Positions 1-19,782 of a stretch of DNA of 64,000 nucleotides are shown piece by piece. Source of the stretch: a bacterium (GTDB taxonomy: Bacteria > UBA8248). How positions within the stretch are numbered: position 1 is the first letter of the stretch; the number at the start of each line of letters is the position of its first letter. The stretch is taken from contig OZ241326.1 of the NCBI GenBank assembly GCA_965199855.1, positions 2,624,001 through 2,688,000 on the forward strand, read 5' to 3'. Both the position numbers and the translations under genes were made by a program. Under the pieces are notes generated by a model, which was given only the letters and a program-made list of their open reading frames with translations, ran no database searches and was not told the origin of the DNA.

Positions 1-855
1 TATCTCGTCCTTCTTCACGCCGCGAAGCAAAACCCCCACGTTGTCCCCCGCGCGACCCTGATCCAGCAACTTCCGGAACATCTCCACGCCCGTCGCCACC
101 GTCTTCCGCGTCTCCGTGATCCCAACGATCTCCACCTCATCGCCCACGTTCACAACGCCCCGCTCCACACGACCCGTCGCCACCGTGCCACGACCCGATA
201 TCGAAAACACGTCCTCCACAGGCATCAAAAACGGCTTGTCCACGTCCCGAACAGGCTCCGGAATATAACCATCCACAGCCTCCATCAAACCATCTATCGA
301 GGACGTCTCGCTCCCCTCCAACGCCTTCAAAGCCGAACCCCGAACCACGGGAATGTCATCCCCAGGAAACTCATACGCAGACAAAAGCTCCCGAACCTCC
401 AACTCCACCAACTCCAGCAACTCCTCATCGTCCACCATGTCCACCTTGTTCAAATACACGCAGATGTAGGGAACGCCCACCTGACGCGCCAGCAAAATGT
501 GCTCCCGCGTCTGAGGCATCGGACCATCCGCCGCCGACACCACCAGAATCGCCCCGTCCATCTGCGCCGCACCCGTGATCATGTTCTTCACGTAGTCCGC
601 GTGACCCGGACAATCCACGTGCGCGTAATGACGATTCTCCGTCTCATACTCCACGTGCGCCGTCGCTATCGTGATCCCACGCTCACGCTCCTCCGGCGCC
701 TTGTCTATCTCGTCAAAACCAACCTCCTCCGCCATCCCACGAGCAGACAAATGACGCGTGATCGCCGCCGTCAACGTCGTCTTCCCGTGATCCACGTGAC
801 CTATCGTCCCTACGTTCACGTGAGGCTTCGTCCGCTCAAACTTCGCCTTCGCCAT
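1..855 (-). CDS. tuf: Elongation factor Tu (5' part; 3' end lies beyond the left window edge)
   Basis: ATG at 855; by eye identical to 16263-17117 of the full tuf copy; follows fusA in the str operon. Confidence 0.97.
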   Translation of the reverse strand, partial: MAKAKFERTKPHVNVGTIGHVDHGKTTLTAAITRHLSARGMAEEVGFDEIDKAPEERERGITIATAHVEYETENRHYAHVDCPGHADYVKNMITGAAQMDGAILVVSAADGPMPQTREHILLARQVGVPYICVYLNKVDMVDDEELLELVELEVRELLSAYEFPGDDIPVVRGSALKALEGSETSSIDGLMEAVDGYIPEPVRDVDKPFLMPVEDVFSISGRGTVATGRVERGVVNVGDEVEIVGITETRKTVATGVEMFRKLLDQGRAGDNVGVLLRGVKKDEI

Positions 856-887
856 AACCCCTACTCCCCCCTTCTCCTACTCCGAAC
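1..887. repeat. Duplicate of 16263-17149 (tuf 5' part plus 32 nt of leader)
   Basis: No differences seen by eye; copies diverge immediately after ...tccgaac. Confidence 0.92.
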
Positions 888-935
888 GACCGGCGAAGAG
901 AGGACGCTACGCGCGCCCTCTTCCGGAAAGAAGGT

Positions 936-3044
936 CTAGGCCGTCTGCACCACCGCGCCGGCGTTGCGCGCCACGAGCTCCTCGGCCAGCGGCCGCGGCA
1001 TTTCCTCATAGCGGCCGAACTGCATCGTGTAGGTCGCCCTGCCCTGTGTCATCGAGCGCAGGTCGGTCGCGTAGCCGAACATCTCCGAAAGGGGCGCGGA
1101 GGCGTTCACCACCTTCGCCCCCGCCCTGTCCTCCATCTCCCGAATCCGGCCCCGCCTGGAGGTGAGGTCGCCCATCACGTCGCCCAGAAAATCCGCCGGA
1201 CAGACCACCTCCATGTCCATGACGGGTTCGAGAAGAACGGGCTTCGCCCGCTTCGCGGCTTCCTTGAAGGCCATGGAGCCCGCGATTTTGAACGCCATCT
1301 CGGAGCTGTCCACCGCGTGGAAGGAGCCGTCGCAAAGCGTCGCCTCGATGTCAAGCAACGGATAGCCGGCGATCACCCCGTTTCCCATCGCCTCCCGGAC
1401 GCCGCTTTCGACCGCCGGGATGTATTCCTTCGGAACGGCGCCGCCCACGATCTCGTTGACGAACCGGAAGCCGCCGCCCGGAGGAAGCGGGCGTATCGAG
1501 ACCTCCACGTCGCCGAACTGCCCCCGCCCGCCAGATTGGCGCACGAAGCGCCCGCGCGCGGAGGCTTCGGCGCGAATCGTCTCCCGATACGCCACTTGGG
1601 GCTTGCCGACGCTGGCCTCGAGCGCGAACTCCCGGAAAAGCCTGTCCACAAGAATTTCCAGGTGGAGCTCTCCCATGCCGGAGAGAATGGTCTGCGCGGT
1701 TTCCTCGTCCGAGCGCACCCGGAAGGTCGGGTCCTCGCCCGAAAGCCGCGCCAGCGCGCTGCCGAGTTTGTCCTGATCGGCCTTCGTCTTCGGCTCTATG
1801 GCGATGGAAATGACGGGTTCGGGAAATTTGATGTCTTCAAGGAGGACGGGACGGGCGGGATCGCAGAGGGTGTGTCCCGTTTTGGCCTGCTTGATGCCGA
1901 GTGCGGCGACGATGTCGCCCGCATGGGCCTCCCCTATCTCCTCGCGCTTGTTCGCGTGCATTCGCATGAGGCGCCCGACGCGCTCGCGCTTGCCGGTCGC
2001 GGTGTTCAGGACGGACGCGCCGGTCCTGAGCACGCCGGAATAGACGCGCATGAAAACGAGCTGGCCCACATAGGGGTCGGTCATCACCTTGAAGGCCAAA
2101 GCGCAGAGGGGATCATCGTCCGAGGGCGCCCGCTCTTCGGCCTTTCTGCCCAGCTCCAGATCCGCATCCGAGCAGACCCCCTGCACCGGCGGGATGTCGA
2201 GGGGTGAGGGAAGATAATCGACGATGGCGTCGAGCAGCAGCTGAACGCCCTTGTTCCTGAACGCCGAACCGCACACGACGGGCACGAATTCGCCCGAGAG
2301 CGTCCCCTTGCGAACGGCGGCGCGAATCTCCCCGGGGGGAATTTCTTCGCCTTCCAGGTATTTGGCCATCAGGGAATCATCAAGCATCGAGAGGGCTTCC
2401 AGGAGTTTTTCCCTCGCCTCCTCCGCTTCCGCCTGCAGTTCATCAGGCGCTTCCGCCTCTTCGTAGGAGGTCCCCATCGGATCGGCGAACATCCGCGCCT
2501 TCATGGTCGCGAGGTCCACCATGCCCGAGAAGTTCTCTTCCGCGCCGATCGGGATTTGCAACACGAGCGGGTTCGCGGCGAGGCGATCGCGCACCTCCTC
2601 CACGACGCGGCGAAAATCCGCCCCCGTCCTGTCCATCTTGTTGACGAACACGAGGCGGGGGACGCCGTATTTCTCCGCCTGTCGCCAGACCGTCTCGCTT
2701 TGCGGCTCCACGCCGCCCACGGCGCAGAACACCGCCACCGCCCCGTCGAGAACGCGCAGGCTGCGCTCGACCTCGGCCGTGAAGTCCACATGGCCGGGCG
2801 TGTCGATGATGTTGATGACGTGATCGTCCCAAGCGCACCGCGTCGCCGCGGAGGTGATGGTGATGCCGCGCTCCTGCTCCTGCGCCATCCAGTCCATGGT
2901 GGCCGCGCCGTCGTGAACCTCGCCCATCTTGTGGGTTCTGCCCGTATAGAAGAGGATGCGCTCGGTCGTCGTCGTCTTGCCGGCGTCGATGTGCGCCATG
3001 ATGCCGATGTTCCTCGTCTTCTCGAGCCCCGCTTCGCCGGACAT
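936..3044 (-). CDS. fusA: Elongation factor G
   Basis: [33 protein letters not shown]; between rpsG and tuf. Confidence 0.98.
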   Translation of the reverse strand: MSGEAGLEKTRNIGIMAHIDAGKTTTTERILFYTGRTHKMGEVHDGAATMDWMAQEQERGITITSAATRCAWDDHVINIIDTPGHVDFTAEVERSLRVLDGAVAVFCAVGGVEPQSETVWRQAEKYGVPRLVFVNKMDRTGADFRRVVEEVRDRLAANPLVLQIPIGAEENFSGMVDLATMKARMFADPMGTSYEEAEAPDELQAEAEEAREKLLEALSMLDDSLMAKYLEGEEIPPGEIRAAVRKGTLSGEFVPVVCGSAFRNKGVQLLLDAIVDYLPSPLDIPPVQGVCSDADLELGRKAEERAPSDDDPLCALAFKVMTDPYVGQLVFMRVYSGVLRTGASVLNTATGKRERVGRLMRMHANKREEIGEAHAGDIVAALGIKQAKTGHTLCDPARPVLLEDIKFPEPVISIAIEPKTKADQDKLGSALARLSGEDPTFRVRSDEETAQTILSGMGELHLEILVDRLFREFALEASVGKPQVAYRETIRAEASARGRFVRQSGGRGQFGDVEVSIRPLPPGGGFRFVNEIVGGAVPKEYIPAVESGVREAMGNGVIAGYPLLDIEATLCDGSFHAVDSSEMAFKIAGSMAFKEAAKRAKPVLLEPVMDMEVVCPADFLGDVMGDLTSRRGRIREMEDRAGAKVVNASAPLSEMFGYATDLRSMTQGRATYTMQFGRYEEMPRPLAEELVARNAGAVVQTA

Positions 3045-3065
3045 GGCGCTATCCTCTCCCCGAGC

Positions 3066-3533
3066 CTACCAGCGGTAATGGGCGAAAGCCTTGTTGGCCT
3101 CCGCCATGCGGTGGATGTTCTCCCTGAGGCGAACGGCGCCGCCCGTTTCGTTCGCCGCATCCATGATCTCGGCGGCGAGGCCGTTCGCTATCTTCCTGTC
3201 GCGGCTGCGGGCGTTCTGGATGATCCACCGGATGCTGAGCGCCGTGCGCCGGTCGGGCCGCACCTCCACGGGCACCTGGTAGGTGGCGCCGCCCACGCGC
3301 CGGGAGCGTACCTCGAGGGCGGGCTTCACGTTGTCCATGGCGCGCTTGAACACCTTGATGGGGTCTTCCTTCATCTTCTCCTCCACCACATCCATCGCCC
3401 CGTAGAACACGCGCTCGGCCAAGCTCTTCTTACCCTTGAGCATCAGGCAGTTGATGAACTTCGTCACCATGCGGTCGTTGAATTTCGGGTCCGGCAACAC
3501 GATCCGCTTCGTGGCCCGCTTTCTTCTCGCCAT
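3066..3533 (-). CDS. rpsG: 30S ribosomal protein S7
   Basis: [23 protein letters not shown]. Confidence 0.98.
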   Translation of the reverse strand: MARRKRATKRIVLPDPKFNDRMVTKFINCLMLKGKKSLAERVFYGAMDVVEEKMKEDPIKVFKRAMDNVKPALEVRSRRVGGATYQVPVEVRPDRRTALSIRWIIQNARSRDRKIANGLAAEIMDAANETGGAVRLRENIHRMAEANKAFAHYRW

Positions 3534-3575
3534 GGTGAATGAGCCTCCTCGCCGACTATCCTGAAGCGCCGCCGC

Positions 3576-3950
3576 CTAGCGCGGCTTTTTGGCCCCGTAT
3601 TTGGAGCGGCCGTTGCGGCGCGCCTCCACGCCCACGCTGTCGAGCGTCCCCCGCACGACGTGATAGCGGATGCCGGGCAAATCCTTCACGCGCCCGCCCC
3701 GAATCAGGACGATGGAGTGCTCCTGAAGGTTGTGCCCCTCGCCCGGGATGTAAGTGGTCACCTCCATGCCGTTGGTGAGCCGCACGCGCGCCACTTTCCG
3801 AAGCGCCGAGTTCGGCTTCTTGGGCGTCGTGGTATAGACCCGCACGCACACGCCGCGCTTCTGAGGGCAGTTCCTGAGCGCCGGGCTGTCGGTCTTCGCC
3901 TGAATCCGCTTGCGGCCCTTGCGTATCAACTGGCTGATCGTCGGCGCCAT
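3576..3950 (-). CDS. rpsL: 30S ribosomal protein S12
   Basis: [17 protein letters not shown]; ATG at 3950 chosen. Confidence 0.97.
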   Translation of the reverse strand: MAPTISQLIRKGRKRIQAKTDSPALRNCPQKRGVCVRVYTTTPKKPNSALRKVARVRLTNGMEVTTYIPGEGHNLQEHSIVLIRGGRVKDLPGIRYHVVRGTLDSVGVEARRNGRSKYGAKKPR

Positions 3951-4152
3951 TCGCCTCACCCCAAAGTCTGAAAAAGCCGCCTCAAAAATCGTCCGCTTTC
4001 GATATCAAAGCGTTCTTCGCCCTCATCTCGGGACGCTTGAATCGCTTTCAGCCACATCCCGAGACGGGACGATCAAGTATCCATAATTATTTCAACTACT
4101 TACAAGGCTTCTGCGAACCCGGAAGTGAAGCTCGCCAGCCAAGGAAGCGGCG

Positions 4153-4180
4153 ATTATAGCCAGACTCGCACGCTTGTCAA
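4153..4180 (-). promoter_or_regulatory. Sigma70 promoter of the rpsL operon
   Basis: TTGACA-16 nt-TATAAT on the minus strand. Confidence 0.8.
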
Positions 4181-4215
4181 CCTTGATCGCTCGAAAAATA
4201 CGGATTTTCAAGGAG

Positions 4216-8370
<4,155 letters not shown>

Positions 8371-8450
8371 TTCAACCCTCCTTGGCGGCGGACGCGCCGC
8401 CTTCTGGGCGCCGGCGGCGGATCCGCCGGAGAAGCGGTATGACGCCGCGG

Positions 8451-12503
<4,053 letters not shown>

Positions 12504-12594
12504 GCAGGCTCACCTCAAAGATGGGGGCGATTCCAGTAAAGCGCCGGCGCGGCTTCGGCCGGCGAAGACCAGGTCATCACTTCCCGGGTGAGCC

Positions 12595-12978
12595 TTATGT
12601 GATTTCCACCTCCGCGCCGACCTCTTTGAGCTTCTCGGCGGCGGCTTCGGCGTCTTCCTTGGGCACCGACTCCACCACCGCCTGCGGGGCGCCCTCCACC
12701 AGCTCCTTCGCCTCCTTGAGGCCGAGGCTGGTCAGTTCGCGCACGGTTTTGATGACCTTGATCTTCTCGGAGCCGAAGGCTTTGAGGGTGACGGTGAACT
12801 CCGTCTTCTCCTCCTCCGCCTCGCCCGCGTCGCCGCCCGCGGCTGCTCCCGCGCCCGCCACCATCATGGGCGCGGCGGCGGATACGCCGAACTTCTCCTC
12901 GAGCTCCTTGACGAAATCGCTCAACTCCATCACCGTCATGTTCTCGATGTAGTCAATTACTTCCTCTTTGGTCGCCAC
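12595..12978 (-). CDS. rplL: 50S ribosomal protein L7/L12
   Basis: [19 protein letters not shown]; GTG start. Confidence 0.97.
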   Translation of the reverse strand: MATKEEVIDYIENMTVMELSDFVKELEEKFGVSAAAPMMVAGAGAAAGGDAGEAEEEKTEFTVTLKAFGSEKIKVIKTVRELTSLGLKEAKELVEGAPQAVVESVPKEDAEAAAEKLKEVGAEVEIT

Positions 12979-13082
12979 AATTCCGCCCCTTTTCAGCGTT
13001 CACGATAACCATGGGCCAAGTCATGGCCCTTTATTTCGGAAAATTCGCCGCAGGTCCCCCTTTCCGGAGCCAATCGCGTATT

Positions 13083-13649
13083 TTACGCCGATTCCTTCTT
13101 TTTAGCAATCGCATCGACGACGTTCACCAGCTGGCCCAGAACGCCGTTCAGCAACCTCGGCAGGCCCGCCACGGGCGCCTGCAAGGTACCGAGCAGGCTG
13201 GCGAGAAGCGCCTCGCGCGGGGGCAAGGCGGCCAGCGCCTCCACCTCGGCGCTCTCCAGGAACATGCCATCCAGAACGCCGCCCTTGATCGCGCCGACGG
13301 ATTCGCCCTTCACGAAATCCTTGAGCAGCTTGGCGGGAACCGCGGGGTCGCCCTCGGTCGTCGCTATGGAGACCGGCCCGACGAACCGCCCCCGCAGTTC
13401 CTCGAAATCCGTCCCTTCTACCGCGCGCTCGGCGAGCGAGTTCTTGACGACGGAAAGCCGGACGCCCGCTTCTCGCGTCCGCCTGCGCAGCGCCGTCATC
13501 TGGGCGACGCTCAGCCCGCGATAGTCGAACAGCACCAGGGAGGCGGTCTCCTCGAAGCGCTTCTGAAGCGCCTCCACCGCCTCGACCTTGTCTTCGCGCG
13601 GCGCCTTGCCCGCCGCCAGCCTGCCTTTTTGCGCAACGACCGTCGCCAT
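13083..13649 (-). CDS. rplJ: 50S ribosomal protein L10
   Basis: DYRGLSVAQMTALRR, VVKNSL; synteny. Confidence 0.95.
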   Translation of the reverse strand: MATVVAQKGRLAAGKAPREDKVEAVEALQKRFEETASLVLFDYRGLSVAQMTALRRRTREAGVRLSVVKNSLAERAVEGTDFEELRGRFVGPVSIATTEGDPAVPAKLLKDFVKGESVGAIKGGVLDGMFLESAEVEALAALPPREALLASLLGTLQAPVAGLPRLLNGVLGQLVNVVDAIAKKKESA

Positions 13650-13661
13650 GTCCGCGACTCC

Positions 13662-14366
13662 CTACTTCAGCGCCGCGAGAAGCGACTGGTGATTGACCCG
13701 GACGCCTGGGCCCATCGTGCTCGCAATGGAGAGGCTCCGGAAATACACCCCTTTGCTCGCCGCGGGCTTCGCGCGAACGAGGGCGTCCACGACGGCCGAG
13801 ACGTTCTCGGCGAGCGCAACCCCCTCAAAGCTCACCTTCCCCACCGGGGCGTGCACGATGCCCGCCTTGTCCACCCGGTATTCCACCTTGCCCGCCTTGA
13901 TCTCCCGGACCATGCGTCCCACGTCGAAGGAGACGGTGCCGGACTTCGGATTCGGCATCATGCCGCGCGGCCCGAGCAGCCGTCCGAGCTTGCCCACGAC
14001 GCTCATGACGTCGGGCGTCGCCACCACGCGGTCGAAATCCATCCAGCCGCCCTGTATCTTCTCGGCCAGATCGTCCGCGCCCACGTGGTCGGCGCCCGCC
14101 TCCCGGGCCTCGGCCACCTTCTCGCCCTTGGCGAACGCCGCGACGCGCTCCTCCTTGCCGATGCCGTTGGGAAGAACGACGCTCCCCCTCACCATCTGAT
14201 CCGCGTGGCGGGGGTCCACGCCCAGCTTCGCGGTGATCTCGACCGTCTCGTCAAACTTCGCGGAAGAAACCTCCTTCACCAGATCCACGGCTTCGGAGAG
14301 GTCGTGAAGCTTCTCCCTCTCGATCCGCTCGCGGGCTTCCTTGTATTTCCTGCCGCGCCGGGGCAT
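13662..14366 (-). CDS. rplA: 50S ribosomal protein L1
   Basis: [21 protein letters not shown]. Confidence 0.98.
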   Translation of the reverse strand: MPRRGRKYKEARERIEREKLHDLSEAVDLVKEVSSAKFDETVEITAKLGVDPRHADQMVRGSVVLPNGIGKEERVAAFAKGEKVAEAREAGADHVGADDLAEKIQGGWMDFDRVVATPDVMSVVGKLGRLLGPRGMMPNPKSGTVSFDVGRMVREIKAGKVEYRVDKAGIVHAPVGKVSFEGVALAENVSAVVDALVRAKPAASKGVYFRSLSIASTMGPGVRVNHQSLLAALK

Positions 14367-14383
14367 TTCTCACCTCCTCCATC

Positions 14384-14420
14384 GTGGTTCGAGCGGCGCG
14401 CGAACCGAGGCGCCTCCCAC
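14384..14420 (-). promoter_or_regulatory. Putative L1-binding autoregulatory leader upstream of rplA
   Basis: GTGGGAGG...AACCAC directly before the rplA SD, resembling known L1 mRNA sites. Confidence 0.55.
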
Positions 14421-14553
14421 TTCGCTCAAAAACCCGCTGCAAGCGTCCACCTGAGCGGATTCGCGCCCTCCTCGCCGGGAGAAACGCGGCAAGCGGGAGA
14501 ATATGCGCTTCCTCCGCCAAAGAATCAACCCCTCGCGCCATCCCGGCGCCGGA

Positions 14554-14979
14554 CTACCCGCTGACCTCGATTCCCATGCTCCGCGCCGTCCCCTCGATGA
14601 TGCGGACGGCGCCTTCCAGGTCCGCGCTGTTCAAATCCTCTTTCTTGATCTCCGCTATCTCCTCGAGCTGCGCGCGCGTCACGGTTCCCACCCCCTCACG
14701 GCCGGGCTCCGAGGATCCTTTCGCCAGAGCGGCGGCCTGCTTCAGCAGGGCCGAGGCGGGCGGACTCTTCATGATGAAGGTGAAGCTCTTGTCCGCATAG
14801 ACAGAGATGACGACCGGGATAATGGCGCCCTCCCGCCCCTGCGTCTGGGCGTTGAAGGCCTTGCAGAACTCCATGATGTTCACGCCCTGCTGGCCGAGGG
14901 CGGGCCCGACGGGCGGGGCGGGATTCGCCTGGCCGGCCGGAATTTGAAGCTTGATGACGCCAACCGCTTCCTTCGCCAT
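14554..14979 (-). CDS. rplK: 50S ribosomal protein L11
   Basis: [26 protein letters not shown]. Confidence 0.98.
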   Translation of the reverse strand: MAKEAVGVIKLQIPAGQANPAPPVGPALGQQGVNIMEFCKAFNAQTQGREGAIIPVVISVYADKSFTFIMKSPPASALLKQAAALAKGSSEPGREGVGTVTRAQLEEIAEIKKEDLNSADLEGAVRIIEGTARSMGIEVSG

Positions 14980-14991
14980 GTTTCCTCCTGC

Positions 14992-15540
14992 CTAAACCTT
15001 CTCCACCTGGAGCATCTCGAGTTCCACGGGCGTCGGGCGGCCGAAGATGCTGACCATGACCTTGAGCTTCCCCCTCTCGGCCTGCACCTCGTCGATCTCG
15101 CCGGTGAAATTCACGAAAGGCCCGTCAATCACCCGGATGTTCTCGCCCTTCTCGAAATCGATCTTGGGCTTGGGCTTCTCGGCCTCTCCGCGTATCTGCT
15201 TGAAAATGTTGTCGCGCTCGGCCTCCGAGAGCCAGCTCGGAGAGGTTCCGCCCAGAAAGCCCGTCACCTTCGGGGTGTTGTTGACGATGTGCCAGAACTC
15301 TATCGGAATCTCGCCCGTCTCCTCGTCGCACTCCATTTCGATCAGGATGTAGCCGGGAAAGAATTTGCGGGAAATCTTGCGTCTCTTCCCGCCCTTCACC
15401 GTCTCCACCTGCTCGGTGGGCACCACGACTTCACCGAGAGCCTCCGCGTAGGGCTGTCCGCGAAACTGCTCCTCAATGGAGAGCTTCACCTTGTTCTCGA
15501 AGCCCGAGTAGGTGTGCACCACATACCACTTCTTCGACAT
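14992..15540 (-). CDS. nusG: Transcription termination/antitermination factor NusG
   Basis: WYVVHTYSGFENKVK; KOW domain, SIFGRPTPVEL. Confidence 0.97.
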   Translation of the reverse strand: MSKKWYVVHTYSGFENKVKLSIEEQFRGQPYAEALGEVVVPTEQVETVKGGKRRKISRKFFPGYILIEMECDEETGEIPIEFWHIVNNTPKVTGFLGGTSPSWLSEAERDNIFKQIRGEAEKPKPKIDFEKGENIRVIDGPFVNFTGEIDEVQAERGKLKVMVSIFGRPTPVELEMLQVEKV

Positions 15541-15554
15541 GCGCAAAACTCCGG

Positions 15555-15767
15555 CTAGATGCCGAAATCAAGAAGGTAGCCGATCAGGCGGGACAGCCCC
15601 AGATCGACGAGGCCCAGATAGACCGCGATGATGAAGACGAACACGAGCGCAACTGCCGTCTGGGCCGCCGTCTGGCGAAAATCCAGCCACGTCACGCGCT
15701 TCGCCTCGCTCTGCACGTCCCGCAGGAAGGCGCGCCCGTCATGAATCCAGCCCATCACCTTGTTCAT
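15555..15767 (-). CDS. secE: Preprotein translocase subunit SecE
   Basis: EAKRVTW motif plus one TM helix; between tRNA-Trp and nusG. Confidence 0.92.
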   Translation of the reverse strand: MNKVMGWIHDGRAFLRDVQSEAKRVTWLDFRQTAAQTAVALVFVFIIAVYLGLVDLGLSRLIGYLLDFGI

Positions 15768-15816
15768 TCATCCGCTCTGCCCGGCCGCTCGCGGCCGGGA
15801 TTCGACATTCGGTTCA

Positions 15817-15892
15817 TGGCAGGCCAGGAGGGACTCGAACCCCCAACCGCCGGATTTGGAGTCCGGTGCTCTGCCGATTGAGCCACTGGCCT
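15817..15892 (-). tRNA. tRNA-Trp (CCA)
   Basis: AGGCCAGTGGCTCAA...CTCCAAA...GGTTCGAGTCC...TGGCCTGCCA cloverleaf. Confidence 0.95.
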
Positions 15893-15938
15893 CTGAAAAC
15901 CCCCGCGCCACGAAAGGATCAAGCCCCTCCCGCGCGAT

Positions 15939-17117
<1,179 letters not shown>

Positions 17118-17378
17118 AACCCCTACTCCCCCCTTCTCCTACTCCGAACAGCCCAGTGAACCCCCGGAAACAACCCCAGCCGCGGGAGGGAAACGCCGCA
17201 ACTCCTCACACTCGTTCGCGGAAGCAGTCGCCGCCGGAAAACGCGCCTTTATACCCGCTTGGCCGAAGCCTTGTCCAACGCGAACGGGAGAACCTGAGAA
17301 CACCTCGGATTCCAAGGCCTCCACGCGGCTCGCAGGATAGCGTGAGAACCTCAAAAGCTCAACGAATTCCGCCTGCCC

Positions 17379-17454
17379 TGGAGCCCACGACCGGACTTGA
17401 ACCGGTGACCTCTTCCTTACCAAGGAAGTGCTCTGCCGGCTGAGCTACGTGGGC
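17379..17454 (-). tRNA. tRNA-Thr (GGT)
   Basis: GCCCACGTAGCTCAG...TTGGTAA...GGTTCAAGTCC...GTGGGCTCCA. Confidence 0.95.
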
Positions 17455-17586
17455 CGGCGCGGGCTACGGCTTTCTTCAACCCGAAGCCGCTCTTTCGGGC
17501 GATGAACTCCCGACGCCCGTCCCGGGCGAATAATACAGCTTCTCGCGCCCCCGACAACCCCGGGAGCCGAAGCCTCGAAATTCTCC

Positions 17587-17662
17587 TGGAGCGGGAAACG
17601 GGGCTCGAACCCGCGACCCTCAGCTTGGAAGGCTGATGCTCTACCAACTGAGCTATTCCCGC
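17587..17662 (-). tRNA. tRNA-Gly (TCC)
   Basis: GCGGGAATAGCTCAG...CTTCCAA...TTCCCGCTCCA. Confidence 0.95.
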
Positions 17663-17709
17663 GCCTGAATCCTGAGCGTCCGCTCTCGCCGCCTGGGCGA
17701 GTCATCCGT

Positions 17710-17794
17710 TGGTGGGGAGGGGAGGATTCGAACCTCCGAAGGCTGAGCCGTCAGATTTACAGTCTGATCCCTTTGGCCACTCGGGAACCTCCCC
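17710..17794 (-). tRNA. tRNA-Tyr (GTA)
   Basis: GGGGAGGTTCCCGAGTGG...CTGTAAA, long variable arm, ends CCA. Confidence 0.95.
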
Positions 17795-17928
17795 TGAAGT
17801 CCGCCGTCCGTCATCCATGACAAGCCGGCTTGCGGGCCGCCGCGTCCGCCGAAATCAAGAGTGAGGAAAGCGGAGGAAGCGGAACGCCCGACGTTCGCCG
17901 CGGGGATTCCGGCGTCCAAATCCCGCCG

Positions 17929-18004
17929 TGGAGCTGGCGAGAGGACTCGAACCTCCGACCTGCTGATTACAAATCAGCCGCTCTACCCGCTGAGCTACGC
18001 CAGC
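17929..18004 (-). tRNA. tRNA-Thr (TGT)
   Basis: GCTGGCGTAGCTCAG...TTTGTAA...GCCAGCTCCA. Confidence 0.95.
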
Positions 18005-18019
18005 CGACAAGGGCGAGGC

Positions 18020-18048
18020 AAATTAGGCGCGCAGGCCCGTTTTGTCAA
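18020..18048 (-). promoter_or_regulatory. Sigma70 promoter of the tRNA-tuf operon
   Basis: TTGACA-17 nt-TAATTT about 15 nt before tRNA-Thr. Confidence 0.7.
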
Positions 18049-18099
18049 CCCTTTCTTTTTCTTGTCGGGCGGCGGGCGAGCGCGGGACGAGAACGTCGC

Positions 18100-18520
18100 G
18101 GGCGACTGCTCAGGCGGCTGAACGATTTTGTGCCTGACGCGCAGCATCTTCGCAAGCGCCGGCAAATCGACGGGGAGCTTCGATTCGGTCACAAGCAATG
18201 CGCGGACGGGCCGACGGCCGGGCAAGTTCTCGTCCTTGGCGCGAAGCTGAGCGCAGAGGACGGCTCTATATTTGACGCACTATGCGAAGGTAAATGCCGC
18301 GTTCAAGATCGGTGCTATTCTTGACCTCTACTGCCACGGTCGCATTTTCTACGTATATCACCACGTCAATGCGGTCGCCCGACAGGAGTTCCACCTCCGT
18401 CTCCGCCCTGGCGCCGTCAAGCCGCTCCTCAGACTTTGCCGGATTGTCCTTCACCCACAATTTCTGCTTTTTAATGATTCTCGCCTTCGCCCCTGCGGCC
18501 TGCGCTGCAAGCCATCCATC
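18100..18520 (-). pseudogene. Frameshifted remnant of a PD-(D/E)xK nuclease-like protein (ends approximate)
   Basis: Stitched frames read GEGENH/KKQKLWVKDNP...ETEVELLSGDRIDVV...VAVEVK...DLERGIY/*CVKYRAVLCAQ...VRALLVTE; frameshifts near 18473 and 18285. Confidence 0.6.
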
Positions 18521-18559
18521 TCCGTTCCCCCGGTTTCGGGCGAGTTGGGGGCATCATCT

Positions 18560-18960
18560 CCGTCGGCAATACCTTCGGGGCTAGATTTTTGGAACTCGAT
18601 ATTCAAATACGGGAATTTGGCGTTAATCGTCTCGGCGGCACGCACCGCATCTCTTGCGTCAGGTTTCTTATATTTTCTTCCACTGGGAACTCAAAACGTA
18701 TATTTCGTCGCCGTAGGGAATCATGTCGGTTTCTTTGATAAAAAAACGGGCAAGGTTCCCGGGATCCTTCGCTTTCAGTTTTTTTGAATTTCTTCGGTAC
18801 CGAGCTTGCCGCCTAAGACTTGAAACAATCCTCTCCTCCCCAGCGTTTCTTCAACTTTTTCTGGCGCAACGCCCTTTTTCAATGCGCGGGAGTATAATGA
18901 ATAACATCATCCGCGCCTTTGCCCAGTGCCTTTTTTCGCTCACTTTGTATGTTATCTTTT
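18560..18960 (-). pseudogene. Decayed low-GC gene remnant of unknown family (ends approximate)
   Basis: Protein-like fragments in different frames (LARFFIKETDMIPYGDEIYVLSSQW; AETINAKFPYLNIEFQK); AT-rich relative to flanks. Confidence 0.4.
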
Positions 18961-19022
18961 GCCAATTCCCGCTTTCCTCTCCCCAAGTTGGATACCGTGG
19001 GTTGGAGCATGTACCGGTTCCG

Positions 19023-19781
19023 TCAAACGCTCCCGCCAGCCCCCCTTAGCCCGTACAACAGAATCGCCGCGGCGACGGAGGCATTGAGAGAGGAGACGGC
19101 GCCCGCCTCGATGGGGATTCTCACGCGCATGTCGCATTTCTCAAGAACCAGCCGCCGCACCCCTCTGCCCTCCGCCCCGACCACCAGCGCGCATGGTCGG
19201 GGAAATTCGTCCGCGCCCAGCGTCTTCTCGCCGCGCGCGTCCGCCGCCAGCGCCCAGTAGCCCGCCTCCTTGAGGGTCGAGACGGAGCGGGCCAGGTTCG
19301 GCACCCGCGCGAGCGGCAGGACTTCCAGCGCGCCCGAGGCCGCCTTCGCCACAGCGGGGGTGAGGGCCGCGGCTCCATCCTTCGGCCAGACGACCCCGCC
19401 CGCCCCCAGCGCCACCGCGCTCCTGAGAATAGCGCCGAAATTCCTGGGGTCCTGCACCCCGTCCAGCAGGAGGATGGGGAGCGCCGCCTCGGGCTGGCGC
19501 TCTATCATATCTTCAAGAGAGAGCAGGAGGGTCGGAACCACCTCGGCGACCAAGTTCTGATGCCGCGCGCCGGCGGCCTTCTCGTCGAGCTGCGGGAGGG
19601 GCAGCGTCTCTACGGGAATTCCCTGCGATTCCGCGAGCCGAACCGCTTGGGCGATCCTCCCGCTCCGACGCCCGTCCGCCACGAACAAACGCCTGACCCG
19701 CACGGGCCCGCGCTCCAGGGCCGCCAGCGCGCTGTGCGTCCCGCAGACGCATTCAGGCGCGGCGCGCCTGCCCGCCGCCAA
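19023..19781 (-). CDS. rlmB: 23S rRNA (Gm2251) 2'-O-methyltransferase, TrmH/SpoU family
   Basis: LDGVQDPRNFGAILRSA, GAEGRG, SLNASVA; follows cysS. Confidence 0.9.
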   Translation of the reverse strand: MAAGRRAAPECVCGTHSALAALERGPVRVRRLFVADGRRSGRIAQAVRLAESQGIPVETLPLPQLDEKAAGARHQNLVAEVVPTLLLSLEDMIERQPEAALPILLLDGVQDPRNFGAILRSAVALGAGGVVWPKDGAAALTPAVAKAASGALEVLPLARVPNLARSVSTLKEAGYWALAADARGEKTLGADEFPRPCALVVGAEGRGVRRLVLEKCDMRVRIPIEAGAVSSLNASVAAAILLYGLRGAGGSV

Positions 19782-19782
19782 A

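Noticed and set aside
17929-19022. Prophage or integrative element at the tRNA cluster
   Set aside because: No integrase or duplicated tRNA 3' end seen; the cargo lies on the 5' side of the tRNA.
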